A stretch of DNA of 64,000 nucleotides from an uncultured Pelagibacteraceae bacterium (GCA_902575095.1 CACGPY010000001.1:68464-132463), one strand, 5' to 3'. Shown: positions 28,022 through 38,039, counted from the stretch's first letter. Notes: generated by a model not told the origin, from the letters alone. Made by a program: numbers and translations.

Positions 28022-29339
28022 GACTTCTCATTAAATTTAAAAAAGATGGTGAAGAAGTGAATACCGTTTCAAAATTCTTAATATATGTTTTTGCATTTGT
28101 TAAAATTCCTAATAAAAATGCACACATAGCTATTCTATGATCTCCAAGATTTTTGATAAATATTTTTTTATTTCCTGCATCCACCATCCCTTTTCCAAAA
28201 ATTTTCATTTCACTCTTAGTTAAAACGCACTTAATTCCAATTTGATTTAAAATTTTTTTCATTTCATGGGCTCTCGAACTTTCTTTATTAGCTAAATCGG
28301 ATATTCCTTTAAAAGTCGAAACTCCTTTTTGCAAACTTGCAATAAGAAATAATAATAAATATTCATCAGTCGTGCTTGGATACAAATTAGCTGGAACACT
28401 CAATGGTTTAAGTTTACAACTTTTAACAAATATATCGCCCTTAGACTCATTATTTTCCTTTCTTAAATTTCGAAATTTAATATTTGCTTTTTGTTTCATT
28501 AAAACTTTATAAAAACCAATTCTTGAAGGATTTAGTCCAACATTTTTTATAACCAATGAAGATCTTGAATTTAACAGTGTAAGAGCAGTAAAAAAAGCAG
28601 CACTTGATGGATCACCGCTTACATTAATATTAATACTTTTTAGGTTATTTTTTCCGAACACTTTAATTTTTTTTGCCTTACTTTTTATGATTTTAATTGC
28701 GTTTGTATTTTTCATTAAAAGATTTTCAGTATGATCACGTGAAATTATTTTTTCATTTACACAAGTGTTCCCATAACTATTTAGTCCAGCTAAAATCACA
28801 GCAGATTTAAGTTGAGCACTTACCCCTGACTCATAGTTAATTCCAATAGGCATATTTGATGATATTAATTTCAAGGGAAATGAATATTTATTCTTTGGCA
28901 AAAAGGTTGCGCCAAATTTTTGCATTAAATTAATTAGCTTTTTCATGTTTCTCTTATTTAAAGAATGGTCACCTGAGACTCTAATATAAATATTTGGAGT
29001 TGTTGAGAGAATACCTAATAATAGTCTAGCTAAAGTTCCCGAATTTCCAAAATTTATGCTAGCATTTTTTTTTGCATAAAAACTTCCTAAACCTTTTCCA
29101 TAAATATTATATTTACCTGGTTTAATTTTTTTGACTCGGATACCAAGATTTCTACAAGCGGTAATAGTAGTTTTAACGTCTTCCGACTCCAACACATTTT
29201 TAACAACCGAGATACCTTGTGATATTGAGCCGATCAAAAAACTTCTTATTGAAAGAGATTTATCAGAGTCAACTTTTATTGTTTTTTCGTAAGGACCTAT
29301 TTTTGAATTTAAAAATACATTAAATTTTTTAAATTTCAT
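27993..29339 (-). CDS. aroA: 3-phosphoshikimate 1-carboxyvinyltransferase
   Basis: DKSLSIR, GNSGT, SAQLKSA, SRDHTE, GDPSSAAF, KES.R, DHRIAM. Confidence 0.93.
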   Translation of the reverse strand: MKFKKFNVFLNSKIGPYEKTIKVDSDKSLSIRSFLIGSISQGISVVKNVLESEDVKTTITACRNLGIRVKKIKPGKYNIYGKGLGSFYAKKNASINFGNSGTLARLLLGILSTTPNIYIRVSGDHSLNKRNMKKLINLMQKFGATFLPKNKYSFPLKLISSNMPIGINYESGVSAQLKSAVILAGLNSYGNTCVNEKIISRDHTENLLMKNTNAIKIIKSKAKKIKVFGKNNLKSININVSGDPSSAAFFTALTLLNSRSSLVIKNVGLNPSRIGFYKVLMKQKANIKFRNLRKENNESKGDIFVKSCKLKPLSVPANLYPSTTDEYLLLFLIASLQKGVSTFKGISDLANKESSRAHEMKKILNQIGIKCVLTKSEMKIFGKGMVDAGNKKIFIKNLGDHRIAMCAFLLGILTNAKTYIKNFETVFTSSPSFLNLMRSLGAKFEIQK

Positions 29340-29345
29340 TGACTT

Positions 29346-30101
29346 TTAAGAAAATTGAGAGCCGAAATAATGTTTTATAGCTTTTGAAGATTTTAATAAT
29401 TCATTAGATGTCCCTTCTGCTATCACATTATGTTCACCTAAAACATAACTTCTATCAGTGATATCAAATAAATTTTTTACATTATGATCGGTCACTAATA
29501 TTGCTGTGCCACTAGATTGAATCCTTAATATGTATTTTTGAATATCCTGTATCACAAGTGGGTCAAGAGCAGCCAGCGGTTCATCAAGCAAAACAATTTT
29601 AGGTTTATTAATCATTATTCTTGCCATCATTAATCTTCTGATTTCCCCACCTGACAGAACCGAGGCATTAAGGGATCTTAAATGTTGTAGATTGAACTCA
29701 TCTAAGAGCTTTTCAGTAATAGATTTTTGCGCATCAGTGCCTTTAATTGAAATTTGCGCAATACCAATAATATTATCGTAAACAGACATGTTAAAAACAC
29801 TTCTTTGTTGGGGCAAGTATCCCAATCCTTCTTTAGCCCTTAAGTGAATTGGTATTTCGTGAATAGGCTTACTTTTTAAAAAAATTTTTCCGTTATCAGG
29901 AGACAATTCTCCAATGCACATTGAAAATAAAGTTGTTTTACCACAACCATTAGGCCCTAATATTCCAACACACTCACCTGGAAAAACTTTTAAAGATAAT
30001 TTTTTTAAAACGGGTCTACCGTCAAAAGATTTACTTATATCTTTAACCTCGAAAATTGGATTATCTTTTTTAAATTTTAATATTCTAAAACCTTTTTTCA
30101 T
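29346..30101 (-). CDS. lptB: LPS export ABC ATPase LptB
   Basis: GPNGCGKT, GYLPQQ, LSGGE, LLDEP, LVTDHNV; follows lptC. Confidence 0.88.
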   Translation of the reverse strand: MKKGFRILKFKKDNPIFEVKDISKSFDGRPVLKKLSLKVFPGECVGILGPNGCGKTTLFSMCIGELSPDNGKIFLKSKPIHEIPIHLRAKEGLGYLPQQRSVFNMSVYDNIIGIAQISIKGTDAQKSITEKLLDEFNLQHLRSLNASVLSGGEIRRLMMARIMINKPKIVLLDEPLAALDPLVIQDIQKYILRIQSSGTAILVTDHNVKNLFDITDRSYVLGEHNVIAEGTSNELLKSSKAIKHYFGSQFS

Positions 30102-30706
30102 TTATATATAATATTTGATTTAACTTTTTTATCTTTTTGAGAAGTTATATTAAGTGTTTTACTTTTAATATCAAATACAAGTTTGTCTGCCAGCATAGTT
30201 CCTCTTTGATCTACTACTTTTACATTATTAGAAACTGTAAGCAAATTATTAGAACTTGAAAACTTAGCCATCTCTGCAAAAAGTTCACTATTTTCATACA
30301 AGGCAATTACTTTATCTTTAAATAGCATATCAAGGTTTTTATTATTATATTCACCATATTTGGAGGTAATATTCAAAATTGTATTATCTTTAAAGTAAAA
30401 AGTTGCAAAAACATCTTTCATATTTACAATATTTTGATTAGCTTCTGAACTTATAGCTTCCTTAGATAAAATTGTGTATCTATTACCTTCTAAATCTAAT
30501 CCAGAATATTTTACATTATAAAAAGTGCTTGCTTCGTTAGTCTTTTGATCTTTGATTTTTCCCTGAATTTTTTTTTCTAATTCTTTAGATATAATTTTCT
30601 CTTGACCTAAGTCATCTTTTTTTGCGTAAGTGAACATTATAATTAAAGTACCGATAAATAAAAAAATAGTTTGGTACAATCTTAATTTTTTTTTTCTATT
30701 CATCAT
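30098..30706 (-). CDS. lptC: LPS export periplasmic protein LptC
   Basis: Single N-terminal TM plus beta-rich domain; between kdsD and lptB. Confidence 0.78.
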   Translation of the reverse strand: MMNRKKKLRLYQTIFLFIGTLIIMFTYAKKDDLGQEKIISKELEKKIQGKIKDQKTNEASTFYNVKYSGLDLEGNRYTILSKEAISSEANQNIVNMKDVFATFYFKDNTILNITSKYGEYNNKNLDMLFKDKVIALYENSELFAEMAKFSSSNNLLTVSNNVKVVDQRGTMLADKLVFDIKSKTLNITSQKDKKVKSNIIYK

Positions 30707-31680
30707 CTAGTTTCATCATTAAGTAAAAAATGAATGTGAATAATTCCTTTCAAAATTTTATTCTTTTTATCTTTATATTTATCTGAAACAACAAGTAGGC
30801 TTGTAATTTTTTTTTCAGACATAAATGCCAATGCTTTTGATGCAGACATATTTTCATTTATAATTAAAGGATAATTTCTAGTAATTTTATTTAAGTTTCT
30901 TTGTTTTGAGGAGCTATTTAGCACTCTTCTTATATCGCCATCTGTAATTAATCCTTTAATAAATTTTTTTTGTGTAATTACTACTATACCCAACTTTTTT
31001 TCATTCATTACCTTTAATGCTTGAGAAAAGCTTTTTTTATAATCTATCACAGGCATTTTTTTTCCAGTAACCATTATATCCTTTGCCAATCTTAGAGATG
31101 TTCCTAAATTTCCTCCTTTGTGGTAGAGGAAAAAATTTTCTTTAGTAAACTTCTTTTCTGACATAATCGTAGTTGCTAAACAGTCACAAAGCATCATTAC
31201 AAACGTAGTAGATGTTGTTGGAACAATATTGTTTGGGTCTGACTCTTTTAATTTTGGATATAAGATTTTGATATCACATGCTTTTAGCAACATACTATTA
31301 ATGTTAGATGCTATGCCTATGATTTTAATTCTAAACCGATTAGCAAATTTAAGTAAATTTTTGAGTTCAGCAGTATTTCCGGAATTAGAAATAATTATTA
31401 AAATATCTTTTTTTTCAATTTGGCCTGCATCTCCGTGAGAAACACCAGTAGGGTCTACAAAAAAACTAGGTATACCCACGCTAGAAAATGTTGCTGCAGC
31501 TTTTTTACAAATAAAAGAATTTTTTCCAACACCAGAAAAAATTACTTTTCCTTTGCAGCTCATTATTAACTTTACAGCTTGAATAAAGGAACTATTAAAT
31601 ACTTTTTTAATTTTTTTTAGCTCTTTTATTTGAATATTTGCTGCTTTACTTGCTAAGTTTATGAAATTTCTATTTTTCAT
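30703..31680 (-). CDS. kdsD: Arabinose-5-phosphate isomerase KdsD/GutQ (SIS plus CBS)
   Basis: GVGKN, HGDAG, SNSGNT, PTTST, HKGG.LG, GLITDGDIRR. Confidence 0.9.
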   Translation of the reverse strand: MKNRNFINLASKAANIQIKELKKIKKVFNSSFIQAVKLIMSCKGKVIFSGVGKNSFICKKAAATFSSVGIPSFFVDPTGVSHGDAGQIEKKDILIIISNSGNTAELKNLLKFANRFRIKIIGIASNINSMLLKACDIKILYPKLKESDPNNIVPTTSTTFVMMLCDCLATTIMSEKKFTKENFFLYHKGGNLGTSLRLAKDIMVTGKKMPVIDYKKSFSQALKVMNEKKLGIVVITQKKFIKGLITDGDIRRVLNSSSKQRNLNKITRNYPLIINENMSASKALAFMSEKKITSLLVVSDKYKDKKNKILKGIIHIHFLLNDETR

Positions 31681-32303
31681 TAATGTTCAAAAATATCAAA
31701 TTTAAATCCATTTTGATCTAATACAACTCTGGTATCTAAAAAAGTTAAGCACTTATTAAAGATTTCTATCCTCTTTTCTCTTATCAACATTTTTTCTAGC
31801 TCTGTTTTAATTTTATGTAAATAAATAACATCATTGGCTGCATATTCTAACTGCTTATCAGAAAGCTCATTTATATCTTTGTTCCAATCACTGCTACCTT
31901 GGCGTTTATCTAAAGATTTATTACAAAACTCTTGAACAAGATTTTTCAACCCATGACTATCGGTATATGTTCTAACAATTTTTGAAGCAATTTTAGTATC
32001 AAAAATATTTTTAATTTTACATTTAAGAAAAAACTCTAAAGCATTTTTATCAAATCGTAAAAAATGTCCAATCTTTAAAATTTTTTCATTTTCTAAAACT
32101 GAAACAAGATTAGGAGCTTTATAATTATTTTTGTTTGGTTGAATTATAAATACGTTTCCTTTTTCGTCACAAATTTGGATTAGGCTTAATTTATCCCTCT
32201 CAGGAATTTGAAGACCAGTAGCCTCAGTATCAATTGCTATGCTATTTTTAAATGAATTAGCTATTTCCGAAGTTATGTCCTCTTTAAACTTAGTAATTTT
32301 CAT
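31680..32303 (-). CDS. rnd: Short ribonuclease D-like 3'-5' exonuclease
   Basis: AIDTEATGL..RD, HFLRFD, DTKIAS, SSDW, YAANDV; ATG 32303 preferred over the ORF-track start. Confidence 0.88.
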   Translation of the reverse strand: MKITKFKEDITSEIANSFKNSIAIDTEATGLQIPERDKLSLIQICDEKGNVFIIQPNKNNYKAPNLVSVLENEKILKIGHFLRFDKNALEFFLKCKIKNIFDTKIASKIVRTYTDSHGLKNLVQEFCNKSLDKRQGSSDWNKDINELSDKQLEYAANDVIYLHKIKTELEKMLIREKRIEIFNKCLTFLDTRVVLDQNGFKFDIFEH

Positions 32304-32323
32304 ATATAAGTGTTCTAGATACC

Positions 32324-33265
32324 ATGAAAAATCAAATTTGCACAATTTTAGGTGGTGGGGGTTTTATAGGTAGATATCTTGTTCGAAATTTGACCAAGAA
32401 AAACTATAGATGCATAATTTCCACAAGAAAAGCCTTTCAAAAAGGCTATTTAAAAACACAAGCTACTCCTGGAGCTATAGAACTAGTTGATTGGAATCCA
32501 AACAATTTTTCTGAATTAAAAGAAGCTATCAAAAATTCAGATATAGTAATTAATTTGATTGGAATTCTTTATGAAACTAGAAAACAAAAATTTTACAACA
32601 TTCACTCAAAGATACCCGAGGCTATTGCCAAGATCTGTTCAGAATCAGATGTAAAAAAATTTATCCATGTTTCAGCTATCGGTGCCAATGAAAGTTCAAA
32701 GTCTCTTTATCAAAAATCAAAATATCTTGGTGAGATAAAAGCTTTAAATAATTTTAAAAATACTTTAATTATCAGACCAAGTGTTGTTTGTGGAACTGAA
32801 GACAATTTTACCAACCTGTTTTCAAAGTTAAGCTTTTTACCAATTATTCCAGTTGTAGGTATAAATTATAAATTTCAACCTATTTTGGTCGATGATGTTG
32901 CTGATGCAATAGTCAAGGCTATTGAAACAAAAGGAAATGAAAAAAAAATTTACGAAATTGGTGGACCGAAAATTATCAGTTTTGGTGACATGGTAAGATT
33001 AATAATGAAAACAATTAATAAAAAAAGATTTATTATTCCCATGCCAATGCCTATAGCAAAAATACAAAGCACAATAACTGATTTATTACCAATTCCTCCA
33101 ATTTTAACAAAAGATCAGTGTGAGATTTTATCAGAGGCAGATAATGTGGTATCTAGCAACCATTTAACCTTGAAAGATTTAGGTATTGATCCATCTGATG
33201 TTGAAGAAGAAATGAAAAAATGGTTATGGCGATTTAGAGATGGCGGCCAGTTCGCAAAAGCTTAA
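32324..33265 (+). CDS. NDUFA9-like (complex I 39-kDa subunit family) NAD(P)-binding protein
   Basis: GGGGFIG, VINLIGIL, HVSAIGA, Y..SK..GE, RPSVV.G.ED, FQP. Confidence 0.88.
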   Translation: MKNQICTILGGGGFIGRYLVRNLTKKNYRCIISTRKAFQKGYLKTQATPGAIELVDWNPNNFSELKEAIKNSDIVINLIGILYETRKQKFYNIHSKIPEAIAKICSESDVKKFIHVSAIGANESSKSLYQKSKYLGEIKALNNFKNTLIIRPSVVCGTEDNFTNLFSKLSFLPIIPVVGINYKFQPILVDDVADAIVKAIETKGNEKKIYEIGGPKIISFGDMVRLIMKTINKKRFIIPMPMPIAKIQSTITDLLPIPPILTKDQCEILSEADNVVSSNHLTLKDLGIDPSDVEEEMKKWLWRFRDGGQFAKA

Positions 33266-33610
33266 ATGAAAAGTATGACTTTACTATCAGGGTATATATA
33301 TCTTGCTTTAGCGATTATCACAGGGATTGCCTCAAATGGTTTTTTAAAAACAACTGAGGGATTTTCAAAAATAAGCCCAACAATTTTTTGTGTTACAAGT
33401 ATTGTAATTTGTTTATTTTGTATTTCAAAAGCAATGACAATAATTCCAGTTGGTTTTACTTACGCAACTTATGGGGCTTTAACTATAACTGCAGTAACTC
33501 TCTTTGGTATATTTAAATATAATCAAACCCCAAACACTTATGGAACTATTGGCTTAATATTAATTGTAATTGGAGTAGTTTTGTTAAATCTTTTCGGTAA
33601 AGTAAAATAA
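33266..33610 (+). CDS. SMR/DMT-family 4-TM transporter (EmrE-like, lacking Glu14)
   Basis: YIYLALAI..K.TEGF, IPVG.TYA, G..LIVIGVVLLN. Confidence 0.8.
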   Translation: MKSMTLLSGYIYLALAIITGIASNGFLKTTEGFSKISPTIFCVTSIVICLFCISKAMTIIPVGFTYATYGALTITAVTLFGIFKYNQTPNTYGTIGLILIVIGVVLLNLFGKVK

Positions 33611-33644
33611 AAAACCTCTGATTTTTTAGTTCAGAGGCTTTTTA
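33611..33644. terminator. Bidirectional terminator between convergent genes
   Basis: AAAA-CCTCTGA...TCAGAGG-CTTTTT. Confidence 0.6.
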
Positions 33645-33658
33645 AATTTTTTTGCAAA

Positions 33659-33856
33659 CTAATTATTTAAAGATGTAGCGATAGGCTCTTTATTTTTGTT
33701 GGCCCTTTTTTCAGCAATTTTTTTCTCAATACTAGCTATCTTCAGATCAATCTTTGATAGTTTATTCTGTTTAGCACTTATCTTATATTTAAGCTTATCG
33801 ATTGATTTTAGTATTTTCTTCTTCTTCTTTTCATTTTTTTTCAATTTTTTTTTCAT
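33659..33856 (-). CDS. Small Lys-rich coiled-coil protein
   Basis: 65 aa; GGAGG SD 6 nt upstream of ATG; terminator downstream. Confidence 0.65.
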   Translation of the reverse strand: MKKKLKKNEKKKKKILKSIDKLKYKISAKQNKLSKIDLKIASIEKKIAEKRANKNKEPIATSLNN

Positions 33857-33956
33857 ATTATTCCTCCAAAGGAAAAAATTTAAAATAATTTTTAAAATTT
33901 TACAAATTAATATTGAAAAATTGATTAAACTAAAAGTTGAAAAAATTTAGATGAAC

Positions 33957-34853
33957 TTACGGAACTAATAAATTTATAAATCTGTCTGTTTTTTGGATTT
34001 CAAGACTGTTTACGTATCCACAATTTTCACCATCAACCTGAGATAGAACTTTATTGTTAACACCATTTATTTTTAATCTGTTCAATTCTTTTTTAATCAC
34101 ACTTTTTGCAGGAGTTAAGTCACCTTTGGTTAAAATCAACCAAACATAATAAAGCAATTTTATTCTGGTCAGGTCTTTAAATATGTAAGCCACTATCCTG
34201 TTTTCAAATATATTTGTATCGTTTGTTATAGAATGGGGTCCAGCATAGTATTTTGAATTAGTACATAAAATCCAATCAGCCATAATTTTTTCATTATCTA
34301 CCTCAACCTCCATTTTATTATTTTTTAAAAATAAAAAATGCTGAAAACCTTTTAACGCGAAAATTACTTTTCCAAGATACTTTTTAATATTAGTATTTAT
34401 GGACTCAACAATTCGAGAGTCAAAACCTACACCAGCCATCAAGAAAAAGTACTTATCATTTATTTTTGCTAATGAAATTTTCTTATGATTATCTGATACA
34501 AGGACGTTGTAAATCTCCTCCGCCTTTTTCTTAATTTGAGTTTCTATTTGTAAAATATTTGCAGTGCCAGCAGGTATGTAACCTACTAATTTGTCTTTTA
34601 AATTATCACTTTTAAACATTTCATTAATACCAAAACATACGCTTCCATCACCACCAGCAAACACTAACCGATCAAATTTTTTATTAGACAACTTTTTAAA
34701 CACTTTTCTTGCATGATCTTCACTTTCAGTTTTAAAAAGATCTACAAGGTGATTTTTTTCTAAAAGATAAATAACCTTATTAATTAATTTAAGTTTTCTA
34801 CCACCTGCTGCATTAGCGTTAAATATCACGGCAAAATTCAATTTATTATTCAT
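33957..34853 (-). CDS. Diacylglycerol/lipid kinase (DAGK_cat, YegS/DgkB-like)
   Basis: IFNANAAGG, AGGDGS, IPAGTAN, AGVGFDS, YYAG, QVDGE. Confidence 0.9.
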   Translation of the reverse strand: MNNKLNFAVIFNANAAGGRKLKLINKVIYLLEKNHLVDLFKTESEDHARKVFKKLSNKKFDRLVFAGGDGSVCFGINEMFKSDNLKDKLVGYIPAGTANILQIETQIKKKAEEIYNVLVSDNHKKISLAKINDKYFFLMAGVGFDSRIVESINTNIKKYLGKVIFALKGFQHFLFLKNNKMEVEVDNEKIMADWILCTNSKYYAGPHSITNDTNIFENRIVAYIFKDLTRIKLLYYVWLILTKGDLTPAKSVIKKELNRLKINGVNNKVLSQVDGENCGYVNSLEIQKTDRFINLLVP

Positions 34854-34854
34854 G

Positions 34855-34883
34855 TTTTAACAATTCTGTAACATATTTATGAT
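34855..34883 (+). promoter_or_regulatory. Pho box array between DAG kinase and plcP
   Basis: TTTTAAC / CTGTAAC / TTATGAT at 34855, 34866, 34877 (11-bp period; PhoB half-site CTGTCAT-like). Confidence 0.65.
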
Positions 34884-34917
34884 TCTACTTGTACTAGAGA
34901 TTCGTTTTATAAAAAAT

Positions 34918-35733
34918 ATGGTAACAATTCAAACTAAATCTAAGGGAAAGATTTTAAATTACAAAAGCATCTTTATTTCCGATGTGCATCTTGGACATAG
35001 AAAAAGTGCGGCAAACAAATTATTAGAATTTTACAAACACTCTAGATCTGAGAATTTATATCTTGTAGGTGATATCATTGATGTTTGGGCTTTAAAAACA
35101 AAATTTTACTGGCCTCAAGAACATAATGATGTGATTCAAAAAACATTACGAAAAGCAAGACACGGAACAAAAGTAAAATATATTGTTGGAAATCATGATG
35201 ATGTCTTTAGAAAGTTTTTACCATTACATTTTGGTGATATTGAAGTTGTAAATAGAGCCATACATGTAAGCTCAGATAATAAAAAGTATATTGTTGTTCA
35301 TGGTGATGCCTGGGATGGAGTGATGAAATATGCTCCATGGCTATCAAAAGCAGGAGCTATTGCTTATAGTTTTTTACTTGAGTTTAATGTTGTTATCAAT
35401 TTTTTTAGAAGATTATTTAAAAAGGGTAATTGGTCCTTAGCAAAATATTTAAAACACAAAGTAAAGAACGCTGTAAAATATATAGGTGATTATGAAACAA
35501 CTTTAGCAAACTATGCTAAAAGAAAAAATGTTGATGGAATAATTTGTGGTCATATTCATCATTCTGCCGATCAAGTCTTAGATGGCGTGAGATATTTAAA
35601 TTGTGGTGATTGGGTAGAAGGTGCAACTTTCTTGGTAGAACATTTTGATGGTCGCATGGAAGTTATTGACTGGGACAAAATCAGAGGTGATGTTGTTGAT
35701 TACGAACCGTATCTAAAAGTAGTAAATAAATGA
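34918..35733 (+). CDS. plcP: PlcP-type phospholipase C (LpxH2 metallophosphoesterase)
   Basis: FISDVHLG, YLVGDIID, WPQEHNDV, GNHD, HGD, CGHIHH, YLNCGDWVE; paired with a GT4 behind a Pho box. Confidence 0.85.
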   Translation: MVTIQTKSKGKILNYKSIFISDVHLGHRKSAANKLLEFYKHSRSENLYLVGDIIDVWALKTKFYWPQEHNDVIQKTLRKARHGTKVKYIVGNHDDVFRKFLPLHFGDIEVVNRAIHVSSDNKKYIVVHGDAWDGVMKYAPWLSKAGAIAYSFLLEFNVVINFFRRLFKKGNWSLAKYLKHKVKNAVKYIGDYETTLANYAKRKNVDGIICGHIHHSADQVLDGVRYLNCGDWVEGATFLVEHFDGRMEVIDWDKIRGDVVDYEPYLKVVNK

Positions 35734-36737
35734 AAATTTTAATTGTTACCGATGCTTGGTATCCGCAAGTGAACGGTGTTTGTAGAACTTTAAAAAATCT
35801 TGGCGATGAATTAAAAAAAATTGGCCACCAAGTTGAATATATTGAGCCTAATCAATTTTTTACCGTACCAATGCCAAAATATAATGAAATAAAACTATCT
35901 CTTAATGTTTGGCCTAGAGTGGGTAAATTAATTTCTAAAGCCGATGCTGATATAATTCACATAGCTACAGAAGGCCCGATAGGAATATTTGCAAAAAGAT
36001 ATTGTGTAAAAAATAAGCTTAAATTTACCACTTCTTACCATACTCAATTTGATAAATATTTGAAGCTATACTATCCCTATTTGCCGATTAAGCTTGCTCA
36101 AAAGTTCCTTAAAGGATTTCACTCACAGGCAGAAAAAATTTTGGTAACAACTCAGTCAATGAAAGATGAACTTCAAGAAATTGGTTTTGATAAGGATAAG
36201 ATGGTTGTTTGGACTAGAGGAGCAAATCACGGTGCATTTCAAAATCCTAAAAAGATTAATTTAGAATATAAAAGACCAATTTATCTTTATGTGGGAAGGG
36301 TATCTATTGAGAAGAATATAAGAGCGTTTCTGGATTTAGATTTAGAAGGTACGAAATTAGTTGTCGGTAAAGGACCAGATTTAGATAAACTTAAAAAAGA
36401 ATACCCTGAAGCGATATTTAAAGGAGAGAGAACAAACGGTGAGCTTGCAAGTTACTTTGCTTCTTCTGATGTTTTCGTTTTCCCGAGCAAAACAGATACT
36501 TTTGGAATTGTAATTATAGAGGCCTTGAAATGTGGATTGCCAGTAGCTGCCTATCCTGTTGCTGGACCAAAAGATATTTTTAACGGCACAAATATTGGCT
36601 CGTTAAACAACGATCTTAAAAAAGCAGCAATTGAAGCTCTTAAGTCTGATAGAAGCGCTTGCATTGAGCATGCAAAAAAATATACCTGGGAAAATTGCGC
36701 GAAAATCTTTTTAAATAGTGCGGTATCAAACCGCTAA
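35730..36737 (+). CDS. GT4 glycosyltransferase (Agt-like glycolipid synthase)
   Basis: IVTDAWYPQVNGV, HIATEGP, YHT.F, VGRVSIEKN, FPSKTDTFG; ATGA overlap with plcP. Confidence 0.85.
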   Translation: MKILIVTDAWYPQVNGVCRTLKNLGDELKKIGHQVEYIEPNQFFTVPMPKYNEIKLSLNVWPRVGKLISKADADIIHIATEGPIGIFAKRYCVKNKLKFTTSYHTQFDKYLKLYYPYLPIKLAQKFLKGFHSQAEKILVTTQSMKDELQEIGFDKDKMVVWTRGANHGAFQNPKKINLEYKRPIYLYVGRVSIEKNIRAFLDLDLEGTKLVVGKGPDLDKLKKEYPEAIFKGERTNGELASYFASSDVFVFPSKTDTFGIVIIEALKCGLPVAAYPVAGPKDIFNGTNIGSLNNDLKKAAIEALKSDRSACIEHAKKYTWENCAKIFLNSAVSNR

Positions 36738-36779
36738 AAAATATTTCTTTAGTCTATATCTTTAAAGTATAATTAAATC

Positions 36780-37976
36780 ATGGAATTATTATTGTACTCT
36801 ATTGCCGGGATAATTGTGATCGTAGTGATTGCAGTATCCAGAAAATCAATTGTAGCAGGTATGGAGGCAAGATCTGATATTAATAGAGAGAATAAACCAG
36901 GTGATACTGAAGAGGGGATAGAAGACATCACCAATGAAAATATTGAAAAAACTAATGAGCAAGTAAAGATTATAAATCAAATCGATGATCTAATTCTAAT
37001 TGTAGATAAATTTAAAAATATCAAATTTTTTAATAATAGTGCAAAAAAGAAATTTGGAGAAAATAATTTAAATAAGCACGTGGCTACTTTATTAAGAGTT
37101 CCTGATTTACTCCAAAATATTGATTTAGTGCTTTTAAAAAAAGAGTCAATTACTATGGATTTAGAATTATCCTCTCCCTCATTTCAGTTCTTTAAGGTTC
37201 ATCTATTCTCTGGACCGACCTCATATGTCGATGATCCTGACTCAGTTGTTTTATTTCTAAAAGATTTAACTGATATTATAAAAGCGCAAAGGTTCAAATC
37301 TGACTTTGTAGCCAATGTTAGCCATGAACTTAAAACGCCTTTAGTTTCTATTAAAGGATTTCTAGAAACTATAAGCGGACATGCGAAAGATGATTTAGAA
37401 GCGCAAAAAAAATTCATACCGATAATGCTTGAGCAAGCTGATAGGATGGAAAGCTTAATTAAAGATTTACTTTCATTAAGTAGAATTGAGTTAGAGGAAC
37501 ATATACAGCCTCAAGATAAAGTAAATTTAAAAGAAATTTTAAGTAACGTTGAAGACATCCATCAAAAAAATTTAAAATCTTTTGAATTTAAAAATAATAT
37601 AAAAGATGATTTCTTTATTAAAGGCGATCATGAAAAATTAATTGAAGTTTTTTCAAATATTATTGATAACAGTATAAAATATTCAGAAAAAAATAAAAAG
37701 ATCGAGGTTAATTGTGGGCAAGGTAACGGAAAAGTAATAGGAGACTCTTACACCGTGTCCATTAAAGATAATGGTATTGGAATTCCAACTGAACAACTTC
37801 CGAGAATTACAGAAAGATTTTTTAGAGTTGATGCAGCTAAAAGTAAAAAAGTTGGTGGCACTGGACTTGGAATGGCGATCGTGAAGCACATTGTTAATCA
37901 GCATAGAGGTGAGTTAGAAATAAAAAGTGAGACTCAAAGGGGCACCGAAATAAAGGTTCACTTTTCTAAATTTTAG
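36780..37976 (+). CDS. phoR: Phosphate regulon sensor histidine kinase
   Basis: TM, PAS-like region, FVANVSHELKTP, NSIKYS, DNGIGI, RITERFFRVD, GGTGLGMAIVKH. Confidence 0.88.
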   Translation: MELLLYSIAGIIVIVVIAVSRKSIVAGMEARSDINRENKPGDTEEGIEDITNENIEKTNEQVKIINQIDDLILIVDKFKNIKFFNNSAKKKFGENNLNKHVATLLRVPDLLQNIDLVLLKKESITMDLELSSPSFQFFKVHLFSGPTSYVDDPDSVVLFLKDLTDIIKAQRFKSDFVANVSHELKTPLVSIKGFLETISGHAKDDLEAQKKFIPIMLEQADRMESLIKDLLSLSRIELEEHIQPQDKVNLKEILSNVEDIHQKNLKSFEFKNNIKDDFFIKGDHEKLIEVFSNIIDNSIKYSEKNKKIEVNCGQGNGKVIGDSYTVSIKDNGIGIPTEQLPRITERFFRVDAAKSKKVGGTGLGMAIVKHIVNQHRGELEIKSETQRGTEIKVHFSKF

Positions 37977-38039
37977 CAAATATCACAATTTTATTAAATT
38001 ATGTCTTGAGATAGACAGCAAAATAGTTAAAATTCTAGT

